DNA of 64,000 nt from Paraspadella gotoi (lineage: Eukaryota > Animalia > Chaetognatha), in contig CM119271.1 of the NCBI GenBank assembly GCA_051294375.1, positions 4,845,579 to 4,909,578 of the forward strand, read 5' to 3'. Below, piece after piece: positions 29,601-64,000 of this stretch. Under the pieces are notes generated by a model that did no database searches, was not told the DNA's origin, and saw nothing but the letters and a program-made list of their open reading frames with translations. The translations under genes were made by a program, and so were the position numbers. Numbering within the stretch: the first letter of the stretch is position 1; each line of letters begins with the position of its first letter.

Positions 29601-32458
29601 TTTTCGCGTCCAGATCGACGACGACGAAGGTGTCATGGTTCCAGGAGGCGATGGCCCGGCCGCCGAAGCAGGGCATCAAAGGACCGAAGGTGAAATCGGC
29701 GCTTCCATTTCCGGCGCCCACCGCCAACCCGTTCCTCTTTTCCTCATCAGCGCCCATCAAGCCATTGGCGACGGCGACCGTCACGGGACACGAATCGTCG
29801 TTGACGACGGCATTGGCGATACCGTTCACGAGAAGGGGACGCGTATCACGCGACGCGTGAAGGTTGGAACGCTGCACGTGTGAGGCGGACTCGAGTGAGA
29901 TTGGGGTGGAGCCGCAAAATGCCGAGTCGAGCAACGTAAACTTGATAGTTTCAAATACGTTCCCGTCGGCGAGTTGGGCCTGAAGCAAGCGGCTGCCCCG
30001 CGCCGCCCAAATGGCGCCGGTGCGAGGGGAGTCTTCATCGGTGGGGACTGCGTTGGCGTTTCGGTCTTCGTCGAGTTCGTCGAGGCCATAGGCTGCCGAG
30101 TTGCAAAAAGGGAAAAGATATATATATAAATATATATTTTCTTCACCTCACCTCACCCCCTAATTGGTAGAAAGTTGGTAGAAAGTTAGAAGAACACTTT
30201 AAATAAACCATGAAGCTGACCCGGATTAAAACAGGCCCCGTGGCTTCCGGGTGTCTTGCGGGCCTTCTGACCGACGGGAGTGCAGTTATTGGCGTTGCCG
30301 TCGATGCGGTGGACGACGGTTCGATGTTTCGTCGAAATGAGAACCGAAGTGAGAAGAAGGTCGAGGCGACGGGGAGCGGTGGTCGAAAAGGAGGAGGGGC
30401 TTTTCGGCGAGCTTTGGAGGGGAAGTGGGGGGGGGAATAAAAAAAAGTGGCGGGGTTTTTTTTTTTGTTTCTGTGGAATTACTTAATACGTTATATCGAC
30501 TTCTAATTCAAAACAAGATAATATTTAATGACGGTCGTTGGAACTAGAACGAACGGGCGAGTTTTTTAAAAAAATAATATTTTTAAAAAAAATCAAAACT
30601 TTGTCAGACATCTGTCGTTTCTTAAACGTGATTTTTATCAAATAACATTACTTAAAACTCGTTCTCCTCGTAAACGAACAAAGTTCATTCATATCCACGC
30701 CCCCTTTTGCCAATCGCCACCTCTTAAATCAAATTCGAGACGACATGAAGAAGCAATAATTCACGCGGTCGTCGAAAAAAAAAAAATGATTGAAAGATAA
30801 ACCTTTTCCAAAATGATTACCAAGTTTCAGGATCGTAGACGTGTATCTGAACGATCTCAGAGTTTTCTTGCAAAACGTCGATGGAACGATTCTCCTCGGT
30901 GCCGCTGCCTTTGGTGAGAATCACCTTGCCGCTTACGTCGCCTAAGTAAAGATCGTCAAGATCAAACATATTGAAGGAACATATGTAAGAAATGAGCGGA
31001 TTTTTTTATTCCTACGAACCGGAAAACAATTTGGTGCCCATCCAATTCCACTCCAGACACGAGATGCGACACAGATGCAGACGACAGAAAACGATGGGGG
31101 TCTCAACTTCGATATCCGTGCCGTTGGCTTGCGGGGTGTTGGACGCCCACGGCGACGTTGCATTACATCGCGGCGGTGAGCGGTAGGGGAGTCGAACGCC
31201 GTGGACGATAACGACATCGCCAGCGACTGAGGCAGCTGCGAATTTGACGGCAGGGTTGGCAGTAACGCCGGAGTCGTCAGAGGAGGTTGGCGAGGATTTG
31301 ATTCTTACGCAGCTGATCGTCACATCTCCAACCTGTTCGTTTCGAAAAGAGATTTTGTCATTAACGGAAAATAGAAGCAGCACAATTCACTACGAAAATT
31401 CACCTGCAGATCGACCGATTTCACGACCGGGGCATCTCGAGCGACCACGTAGGCGTGTCCAGCATTTGTGCCCAACACGAACACAGTCGAACCTGAGTCA
31501 AATAGAGTGCAGACACCAACTTTAAACGTTAAGCAACGTTATACGTCCACACAGTTCAAGAAATTTCACTCTTATCCAATAATGAGTTTTATTTGAGAAT
31601 TTTGATAATTTTTAAGTTTCAATTCGAATTCAAATCACTTTCGTCTCTGAAGTGGCTTTACGTCGAGGAGTCTTCATCACCCCGGCATTTCACAAAGACA
31701 CTTTTGGACATTTTAATGAGCATCTTAAAATTTAGTATATATGTGAAATGAAGTAAGACTTATCAGGAGGAAAAAAAAACTAGTACCTGCGTCTAAGCAT
31801 GTGATACAGAGTGGAAAGAGAGTTCCTTTCCGCTGAACCTCGGAAGGCACGTGAGCCAAAAAAAAGTCAGCGGGCGCGAATTCGCGGACGTGTAGATTTT
31901 GAAGACGAGGTTTATTCTGCACTCCGTTATCTGACATTGGAAAGAAATAGACGACTGGAATACTAAAAAATAAAAAATTACTTTCATATAGTAATGAGAT
32001 TTATGCATGATTAAAATCAACCCACAGAGCGGTCATTGAAGCCGAAGGTAGGTCATTCGCCTCCCAACCCAAAGGTCAGGTGTTCTAGCCCTGGGCGGGG
32101 GATCAGCAGTTAAGTGGGACAGGCAACGGGTCGCTCAACCCGCCTGTAGCTGGGTGCTGCAGCCTGATACGAAGCTCAGCGACTGCTGTATACTCAACGG
32201 TTTACTCATTACTATATTTCGGTCTCTTCACATCCTTTATTACCGACGGCGTTATTAGTGGATGCGGTGGCCGAGGAGGTGGCGCCGTCACTTCCGGTGG
32301 CGCTGATACTGGAAGTCGAAGAAGTTGAAACGCTACCCGTCATCTGCATTGTTCACGAATTAAAGTAATCGATGATTCTATTTTTAAATTAAATCATAAA
32401 AAAGGTAATAAATTACCTGAACAGCGCGAGCGGCCGCGGGGCTTTTATCGGAAATCAT
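23688..32458 (-). CDS. TECPR2: Tectonin beta-propeller repeat-containing protein 2, multi-exon
   Basis: N-terminal WD-like region (REFAPADFFLAHVPSEVQ...CITCLDA; ISCLEWNWMGTKLFSGD), TECPR repeats (VWAIDSRHGLHCRVGVTSDLPIGEGW; LWGVTPRGAVWARLG) and a C-terminal LIR motif SWEVL*. Start is 32458 or about 32343. Confidence 0.87.
32028..32200 (+). mobile_element. tRNA-derived SINE-like repeat, second copy of the 8205 family
   Basis: gccgaaggtagg...ctcccaacccaaagg...gttctagccctg...aacccgcctgtag, inside a TECPR2 intron. Confidence 0.55.
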
Positions 32459-34214
32459 TTCGCAGTCGAATTGAAGGAAAAATTAGCGATGAGAGAACGC
32501 AGGACGCTTGATACAAATTTCCGCTTCAAACATTTAATATCACTCCCCTAGGTTGAAGATCGACCGCTCGTCCGCATCAGTCGCACAACACCCTCTTCGA
32601 TCACATCCGTTGCTTTCAAAGACAAAAAACTACGGTTTTCTTAATTCGTCACATTCTGTAAATGAAATTGCACAAAAGAATAGATCATGGTGGTATTCAC
32701 GGCAGCACATATCAATAAGGTTCTCGCACGGCACAAAAAAAATTGTGCGGAAAAGAAAACGGAAGGAACAAAGAGGCAACGTTGAAATAAGATTCATAAA
32801 GGAGCATTTTTAAGTCTTCATTAAAATACGTATTTTTTTGTTTTGATCAATACGGTAAATATTAAATGTAAAAAGCAAGCTTAAATTAACCGACTAGTAC
32901 GCTTAAAGCTACCATGACCTCCACGAAATCGTAATTTTTCTAAAGTTAGACAAATGAAACAATATACATCACAGATTTCAATAATGGACTATTATTTTTA
33001 GATAGTTAAATGAGCTAGGAGAACTTGCTTACCCTAGTTTTAAATTTTTTTCACACGAGGTATGCGACGGAAATGACTTTTTAGCAGCAAGGGGCTAAAT
33101 AATAGTGACTACGTTTTGCAAAGACAAACTCTCCAAAATTAATTTATCCGATTTAGGTTAAATAGGTCAAAGATGAAAATTGCGAGAAAGAGGAAAGCAG
33201 GGGCAAGAGGAATAATAGCTTCGTAAGTATACATATTACATAATCCGGATTTAAAAATATAAAATATAAATATACGATAAATAAATGACAATAAATAAAA
33301 CCTCATATTTAGAAATATGTTATCCGAACCTTAAGGGGTAATGATCGATCTCCAAACGGTTAATAAACCTAATCAAATTCGGGTTATGATAACACAATCA
33401 GATATGAAAAAGTCATATTTCAAAAATGGAAAATTTCATTTAGTCTGCTGGATAAAACACCCAGCCCGCGATCGTCAAAAAGCGGCGCAAACATAAAATA
33501 AGATTCCGCGTTTTTCAAGATGATGTCCTTCTATTGTCTTTACAAAACGAGCAAATTTGCCATAAATTTACCAAGCGACGATTTAAAAACTTTTTTTCTC
33601 AATAGTGTGTTTTAACTTGGCGTAAAATTTTGTTGCTTAAATTTTATTACTACATACTATTTAAGCCAACTAAAATATTGACCGACACTGAGTGGTGACT
33701 AAAGCGGAGCTGATCTGCAGAAAGGGGCGGGGACTAAAGTTCCGCAACCAGGCGGAACCATGTTAACCACTAAAAACGTTCGAGGTGCCAACTCTTGCTA
33801 TAGGAGATGATGAGATCCGATACTTTTCGTCTTCATGCATTTAATTAAATAATACCTTACGCACAGAAAGTTCGTTTAAAATTTAATCTTTGTTATGTAT
33901 ATGATCTATTACTTAGAAGATATTATTGTTCTAATTGAATCTAATTCTTTATAATAACCAAATTAGAGAGATTTTATTAAAAAAATACTACTTACTTCCA
34001 ATAAATTATTTCACTCAAACGAACGTGGATCGGAGTTTTTACCTATTGTGACAGACATTTTATACTGGAACGGAGTTTTTGTGAACGCTGAACAGCCAGC
34101 ACTACTCTTAAATGGAATTTTATTATCATTTTCCATTTTTGAAATTATTATAAAATTGTGAATATTATTATTGGTTATTATGAGGAAGCATTATTCATTG
34201 GATCAAGTCTATCT

Positions 34215-55557
<21,343 letters not shown>

Positions 55558-57109
55558 CTTCAATTATCGATCAATTATTATTACAAATATATATTTCTTA
55601 TTTTGATCGTTTTCTCGACGGAGACGGGCCGATTCGAATTTTCCCCCACGGATGAAACGAAGAAATAAAACGAATGAACAAAAAAGTAAAAAAAGGAAAA
55701 AAATAGTTGGCCACTTGAAAAGTCTTCGCCGGCAAAATTCGAGAACTATGAAGTATTCGTTCGCCTATAGTCTTCTTTAACCTTTTTTTGTTTTTCCTAC
55801 TTTCCAAGACTCACAACGAAAAAATAAGGAATGTCGAGAAAGTGATCATGTTGAAGTGTGGCAAACGTCTGTACGCAGGATTTTATTTTTTTTTTTCTTT
55901 TTCGTGGCGCCGTTGAAGTTTTTAAAAAAATGAGGCGCCCCTAGTTGCGGCGCAAACCCGTATATAACGACACGCGGGGGGTTTCCTCGACGACAGGATT
56001 GTTTATTATTTTGGTTGGGAATGTTTTGTGTTCTTTTTTCCTCTTTTTTACGTTTATTTGCACAGAAGAGAAAAAAAAACCTAAATTTTGAGAGCTGCAA
56101 AAAAAAAAAAGGGGGAACCAATTAAAAAAGTATGGAAAAGAAGGAGCAATAGCAATAAAAAATAAGCAGGAAGACTACGGGAGACATCTTCTGACGAGTC
56201 AGAAAATTGAGCCACTGATTATTCAAACTCGATAGAATACATACGAATCTCTTGAAATGGCGAAACGAATGACACTAATTACTTAAATTTTTTAAAGAGC
56301 CTTTCACGGATAACGTCATGCGAACAAGCATGCATAGTTAATTACGAATTAACGAGAAAAAACTACTTCCGGGATATGTCACCATGGACGATTACACGCT
56401 AAGTTGCGTTGTAAATTCTACTACTAAGTGTGACTTTATGCTCCGATATTCCTGAGAAGACAGCGGAAAAAGGTGGAATCACAGCAAACTTTTTTTTTTG
56501 CAAAGGGGATAACAAACGTAACATTAGCACATTACTCACGATAAAGAGTGAGGGTGAAGGGTAACTTGAGTGTGTGCTTTCAAAAATGTAGAAACCATAA
56601 AAATTGATTTTTTTTCTTTGTAAAAATTCGCGAAAAAGGAGCAATACTAAAGTAAATGTTATCATTGAGATAGTAATTAATAGTTAACTATCCAATACAC
56701 TCGAATACAACTGGAACTTTTAAATTTCCAAAAGTCAACATACTTAACATGTTTTCTTTTCTAAATAATTTGAAGCTTACTAAGTGTGTACTCGCCAACT
56801 GGGCACGATTTAGACACGAAATAACTATTTAAGAATAAGATATGCAAGGAGATAGGACGGCAATAGAAAGATAAATACTATTATGTGCTTAAAATCGGCA
56901 CAAATCAGACGTCAATATCACTCACTCTGAGCAGTATAATAAGTCTTAGCGTGTAATACCATTCACGGACAAGAAAAGTGAATAGTAAATGCGGCTAATA
57001 AAAGCTAGAAGGCAATAATTATACATGGCTTATTTTTAAAAAAAGTTATGAAATTATGCCGCGAATAAAAATTAAAAGATTACGAAGAAAAAAAAGATAT
57101 TTGGACATC

Positions 57110-58029
<920 letters not shown>

Positions 58030-58919
58030 CTTGGAAGCTTTAGACCCTTTTTTTAATTTTAAAAGTTCTGTTCCCCTTATTTGATACTAATTCTTTATGT
58101 TTATACTAAGTCAATTAAATAACATAACAATTATTACGGATTCGAGAATCGAGATCCCGTTTATTTAAAAGAAATATGATTACAAATCGAGAAATATATT
58201 CGTTCAATGAAACCAAACCTTTTTCTTTGACCTTTAAGTATACTGGATCATTTCCGTCTTGTGTTTCGTCACATTTCGGAGCATTAGCGTCATCTACCCT
58301 GAACCAACGTGAGCCCGAACATTCGTTAATTTTCTGGCATAATAATCATTTGGTATAAAAAGTGCTCTTTCTTTTCTTGACGCTTTACACCTGTTCCCCA
58401 TCAGCTTGCCATCGGTAGAACTCATTGTATCGTTAATTCTTTAAATTTCAGAACTACAATTGCTCGAATCTGTTCCGCGTAACCGTGATTAACTTTTCAG
58501 ATCGAATAGGTAAATCAATTATTTTCCCGGATTGCGATCGCAAATTACGACTTGGATAAAAACGAATCGAGTGCACAATTATTATACAAAAAAAATAAAA
58601 GCTCAAAATTTTATAAATTAGAGAAACGTCTTACAAACTGGACCTTGGACAACTACTTTGTTACTCTGCGAAAAAAAAACCCAAAAAAAAAACTAAAAAT
58701 GCGCATCGACCGCCAATAAGAAAAAAAAAATGACACGTAAAATACGATATCACTTTGGCCGACATCGGTAATTCAAGAGAGAGCAAAAAAAGGGATAAAA
58801 AATCAAGCAAAGAGATGTCAATAATTTCCGGAAGGAGGGAGAGGAGGGAGTTATTCTAGCGAAAGTGAAGGCGGGCAGTGGATCATTTTCCTGCCCCCCA
58901 ACTTGGCACCTCTACCCCT

Positions 58920-61379
58920 TCATCCCAAAATGGTTCGCTTGATGGCCTCCACGTACTGCGCCGGGACCCAATAGATCCAGTAGCGGGAGGCCTCGGTGGG
59001 ACCCAATTGAAGGGCCAGCATGTGGTAGCGTTCGTGGCCGGAGATAGGTTCTGAAACGACAGCCTTGATCGAGGACATGGGAACCTTGTCCGTCCGTTCC
59101 TTGGTTCCGATCCACACCTCGTCAGCTTCTGTTTGGCCAATTTTAAGATACAGATCGATGAAGATTAAAATTCATTTTAAATTTAACCCCTATTTAATAA
59201 ATAACCGGGTGACCATTGTATAATAGCCGCTAGAAAATGGCTTTCAAATGAAAAAGGGCTAAAAAAAAAATTCTCATTTTAGCACAGCGAACCCAGATTA
59301 TTTTACTTCTTTTCTTGTCTGTACAAAAAACTAATCATTTTTTTTTAAATTGAGGCAATCACCAAAGGCTATACTGTGGCGGTATATTCACACTGCCTCA
59401 CCAATAACCTCCTTCAGCCAATCTCAATGGCTTGGCAGCAATATCCCAACCGTGCGTTCTATCCACACTCCACAGTCCTAGTAATGATTTCTGGCTGCGT
59501 TGACAAAGCGTGTATATTAAGGCGTAGTGAAAGTTACATACGAAAATTCTAAGTCAATTATGAACAACATACCATCAGTGAACATTAATTTATAAAAAAA
59601 AATTAATTTATGTTTTTTAATTTTCGCAGTAGGCTATAATTATATATAGTACAATCCTTATAAAATCAAAAAATTTCAAAATAGGCTTTTTTAAATTTTG
59701 ATTGCAGATTTGTATTCCTCGTCAAAAGTTGATAAAAGAAAATATAAATCATTTTTAAAAATTCTTTCAATAAGTGGGTTAAAAATTAAAAAAACTATAT
59801 TTAATATATAAAAAGTTAATTTTCAGCTTAAAATATAGCTTTTTCTAATTTTTGACCCACTTAATGAAGGAATTTTTCAAAAAGAGTTATATTTCTTAAT
59901 ATCAACTTTTTATGACGAATCCAAATCTGCAAAAAAATCTTAGAAAAAACTGTTTTGAAATTTTAACATTTATTGGTTTAGTACTAGTATAAATATGGCC
60001 TACTGCGTAAATTGTAAAATTTATTATAAATTTTTTTATTACATAAATGTTCATTAATACAATGTTGTTCGTTCCTCACTTTTAGAATTTTAATTAAAGG
60101 TAAATTTAGAAATTTTACTACGCCTTAGTGTATATTGTATAACCAAGCAGGTGATATGTGGCGCCACTGACGGTGCTAACCCCACAACGCTACAATACAC
60201 TATAAAATGGGGTGCTTCTACATTGTCTCCTCGCTTTAAATTCGTTTTCAGTTGTTTCATGACAGCAGTACCTCGCGAGCNNNNNNNNNNTCCTCGCTTT
60301 AAATTCTTTTTCAGTTGTTTCATGACAGCAGTACCTCGCGAGAAATAAGCTATTCCAAGCGGCAGCCGGCGTGCGTATATAATGGTCATCCGGTACTATT
60401 AAATATTTACAAATACTCACCCAACTTAAACGTGAGCCTGACTTTTCCTCCCGACTTGTTTAGCATTCCTGAGAGCGGTTGCGGCGGGAGCGGCTCCTGG
60501 ACCAGGAGTATTCCGGGAATGGCATCCTCGGGAGGCCCTTTCTCCGTGACCTTGGTGTGTGGCTTTTGTTTTGACAGGGGTTCGCTTTTTTTTTGAGCTG
60601 TGGAACCGGTAGCGCCGTCCTTGAGCTCTTGGGCGGAGGGCGTGGTGCTGACGGCAATGACGTCGTCAAGGGTGGATCCCACCATCATGATCTTTGTTCC
60701 CTTCGTCACTTTCAAATCCTTCGTTCGCATGCGCAGAGATAGAAGGAAGACGATCGCCCGAGAGGGGGTGGGGAATTAAGAAAGAAGATTTGAGTTGTTT
60801 TAGATTCGAAGGGAAGTTGAATTTTCCCCACTTTTTCAAAAATTAAATTTACGGTTGATGTCTCGATCATGTAAGCGAATCTCTCAAAACCAAAAAGGAA
60901 AAAAAAAAAACAAAAACAAAAAAGGTCCCTGCCTTCATCGTCCTGTCGTCCTTGCACAATCCCTTGAACATAATCTTCTGCATGGACGGCGCCAGTCCAG
61001 TGAGTTCTTGCATCTTGGTCTTGAGGTCTAGCACCGTCTCCTCCGGTCGCACGACCACGTCGTACTTGTTTTTGTTCCATACTACTTTGACGTCAATCGT
61101 CTCCCCCGTGGACGCCGCTATGACGCTCGGGAGGCCCGCTCCGGCGGCGGAAGCGACGCTGGCGGACGGAGATGGGGCGTCACCCTCGGCGGCGGCTGAG
61201 GAGCGAACCTCCTCCGCCTCCCCGTTGGCGACGGCGACGTCCGAGCCCGTCGAGGACTCGGAGGAGCGGGCGTCGCTGACGCCACCGTCAGGCACGTGAT
61301 GTTTGGAGGAGGACGACGACGAGGACGACGAGGCCGACGTCATGAGGGAAATTTCCTTTTCGTTGGGGTCGCCCTCCAT
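58920..61379 (-). CDS. UBFD1: Ubiquitin domain-containing protein UBFD1
   Basis: UBL domain (VVWNKNKYDV...TGLAPSMQKIMFKGLCKDD), GMLNKSGGKVRLTFKL and WIGTKERT...QLGPTEASRYWIYWVPAQYV. Confidence 0.93.
59375..60194 (+). mobile_element. TGTGGC-family copy split by hAT MITE copy 3
   Basis: ATAC|TGTGGC...GCTACA|ATAC; homology to the 18630 copy resumes after 60135. Confidence 0.7.
59518..60127. mobile_element. hAT-type MITE, copy 3 (intact, 610 bp)
   Basis: TIRs as in copy 1; 8-bp TSD GTGTATAT at 59510-59517 and 60128-60135. Confidence 0.9.
60281..60290. other. Assembly gap with duplicated flanks
   Basis: 10 N between two near-identical ~52-bp sequences. Confidence 0.95.
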
Positions 61380-61911
61380 AGTTCCGACGAAAAAGATTTT
61401 TTTTTTTCTTCCTTTCCTTTTTTTTCTATTGGAAAGAATATGATGTTTTTCGAATTTTGAACAAGTAACAAGTATTCGTCAGGAACCGATCGCGTCGCCG
61501 AACGAATTGTTCTTTTAATCAGCCTTCAATGGACGTCATTTGCTTTAGAAACTAGATAATGAATAATCGTATATTAATTGATAAAAACGAAAAAATATTT
61601 TCGACGTAACAAAAAAACACAAAAACAAAACACCTTGGAATGGACAGGGGAACCAATATAAAACGATATACTGGGCGGCAAGAAAGAAATCACAGTCGAA
61701 AGTGTCCGTACGTACTACGTTGTCTAAACTTTAAGAAAGGGGATAAAAACCCGGAACCGTGGGGGTCAAGACGATTACCGCGAATACCCCAAGAGACCGG
61801 AACGAGGGAGGCAGGGAATATAAAAAGACTAAACTGAAAGAACACGCGAAGACGTTAAGCTATTTAAGCTCTAGTTATACGTTATACTTGTACTTATACT
61901 TTTAACTTTAA

Positions 61912-64000
61912 CTAAAACGTGGGCGAATTAAGGATGAATAGCCGGTCTTCCTCCTTCTTAATCCAGCGGAGGAGCTGATTGACGGCGTGTATGACTACGG
62001 GTTTGGTGACGAGGGGCTCGAAGATCGCGTAGAGCTCGAAGCCCGAGGTCATCCAGCCCAAAAGGGTCTCGTGGCGACCCGAGTGGAAAAGGATCTTTAA
62101 ACTTCCTACAACGGTGGAAGGAGGATTTTAAAATTAGCAAGATCATGTCCTCCGTAAGCGTTTCACTCTGTAAGCAGCCTCCCAGGGCAACTCACTCGAC
62201 GGGGTATGCATCCGGTTGTTGAGGAACTGGTAGAGGCCGAATAGACGTTCTCTTCCCTCCTCGTCCTCGTAGGGGGCCTCGATCGTCGGGGAAGTGAACT
62301 GCGACGTTGACTTGGATTTGTAGAGGAAGTGACGGAGGTCGGCGATACCCACCTGAGAGAAGAGAGATTTGACTCAGAAACCAGTGACATTTATATTGTC
62401 GAATTAATTGATAATAAAAATTTAAAAGTATAGTGATCTCGACAGACGTTACTATCAAAATAAATTAATAAAAAAATCCGAAAAAAAAAAACAACGAAAT
62501 ATTGATGCGATAACGAATTATTCATGTAGTAATTTAGATAAAAATGAAATGGAAGATAATCGCCAGTTCTACAATGACAATATCTTTCATCAAAACACCT
62601 GCGAGCAGGAATATTGATCAGCCTTGAGGGCGAGGTGCACCACGTCGAGCGTGTTGGAGATTGTCGTCGACGAGGAAGACGACGCCGAAGCCGTGAGCTT
62701 CTCCACAATCTTTCGCTTGCAGTCGGAAAGGGTGAAAAAGGCCTCGCGGTCCACGGTCAGGAGGAGGAGGCAGCACCGCGTCGCCTCCTCGTCCACGTAA
62801 GAGACATGGGCGTGGAAGAAGGCGCCAGCGTCGAAGCGCGGCAGGCAGATGGGCGTCCACGACTCGGCCGCCTGAGTTGATGGTGGAGGGGAAGAGTTTT
62901 GTGGTAAAAAACTGTTAATACCTGCTACTAATGAATTTTTCCATATGGCTAATAAATAAAATCACTAAAACCTTGAACGATTCCGACGAATGGACCAAAT
63001 TAAAAATAAGGTGGAGATCGGCGGGATGCAAATAATATTTCTTCATTCGGACCATAGTGATCAGTTGACCTACATAAAAGGGGAGAAAAAACCTGTTTTT
63101 TCAACTTCAACTCTTCCCTCCATTAACCTTAACGAGTTAACTCACCAGAGTCCGTGATAAGTATTGCAAAGACGAGGTCCCTCACTTTGGCGCAGGAGGA
63201 AGAGATGGCGGCGGAGATTTGATCTCTAACGGAGGCGGCGAGAGGGAGGCAACGCACGGAGCAGAGAAGAATCGAAGGGTCGGTCTCGAAGCGGCGGAGG
63301 AGAAAGTCGATGAACTTTTCGGATCCTGAAAGGAATGCGGTTACTCGTGAAAAATTCGTTCAATTTACACAAGTAAACAAAAAAACCTAGGCTGTTACCA
63401 GCGAGCAGCCTCCTGAGATCGAAGTTGGGTTTGTCGTTAAGGATGCGGTTGAGCGTGGAGAGGGTTAGGACGGAGAGGATCTGATTGTAGACGTAGGTGA
63501 GGCTGAGCGCCATCTGTTGCGTCGACTCCCGCGTCCCGCTCACGGCCACCAGAATCAAGGGGTCGCGGTTGATAAAGACGAACTTGTGGTTTCCTACGCG
63601 GGTAAAAAGGGAGAAAAAGGATGCGACTTCGTTGTAGAAAAATAGTAACTTGATGCGGTATAACTACATGGCCTCAGCTCCACCTTGACTCAGCCAATCA
63701 CAAAGGCTCCGAAGCCCCCAACGCCCCCTGTGATGCCAATTCCAGCTGGGCATCACAGGGAAAGTGGATGTTGCCATAAACTAATTGGTTGTACCAATTT
63801 TATAAAAAAACTCACGACCACTCCAACCTGCGATCATGCATCTCAAACTATCGTCGTCGTCGCGGATGAAAGAGACGAGGGCCTGCATGACGCCGAAGAG
63901 CGTGACCAGCTCGTCTTCATTGCCATAGCGAGTGTAGATGGGTTTTCCGGCGACGCTGAGGGCGAACACGTGTTTTCGTTTTGCCCGCCACTCGTCCGAG
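61912..64000 (-). CDS. MON1: Vacuolar fusion protein MON1 homolog (Rab7 GEF subunit), 5'-partial
   Basis: [18 protein letters not shown]...[58 protein letters not shown] and [11 protein letters not shown]...[17 protein letters not shown]. Confidence 0.94.
63651..63778 (+). mobile_element. Internally deleted TGTGGC-family copy
   Basis: AACT|TGATGCGGTA...cagccaatc...gggcatcacagg...GTTGCCATA|AACT. Confidence 0.7.

Noticed and set aside
58883-58922. UBFD1 TGA readthrough or selenocysteine extension
   Set aside because: The TGA falls about where orthologues end; I saw no SECIS and no conservation in the extension.
60228-60342. Direct repeat flanking the N run
   Set aside because: Typical unmerged contig overlap at a scaffold gap.

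Overview
Eukaryotic (animal, invertebrate-like) genomic DNA: GC/CpG-rich exons, short AT-rich GT-AG introns and two N gaps. The ORF track shows only exon fragments and many spurious antisense ORFs. Nine protein genes lie head-to-tail on the minus strand. In transcription order they are MON1 (5'-partial), UBFD1, cyclophilin A-type PPIase, kinesin-1 heavy chain (~21 kb, TE-filled introns), TECPR2, PPP1R37, SPCA-type Ca2+/Mn2+ ATPase, an unrecognised protein with two MADS-like repeats and three GELPSER motifs, and an intronless NEMF (3'-partial). A five-exon pitchfork/CIMAP3-like gene is nested antisense in a kinesin intron. Non-coding highlights: (1) two related foldback insertions carrying minimal Penelope-type hammerhead ribozymes; (2) a short TG...CA/TA element family with 4-bp TSDs, one copy with a tRNA-like Pol III promoter; (3) a three-level nested transposon (hAT MITE > CAC...GTG long-TIR element > 2.3-kb palindrome of TTAGGG-rich satellite). 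Gene models were spliced and translated by eye, names come from motif recognition without database searches, and boundaries may be off by a few bases.
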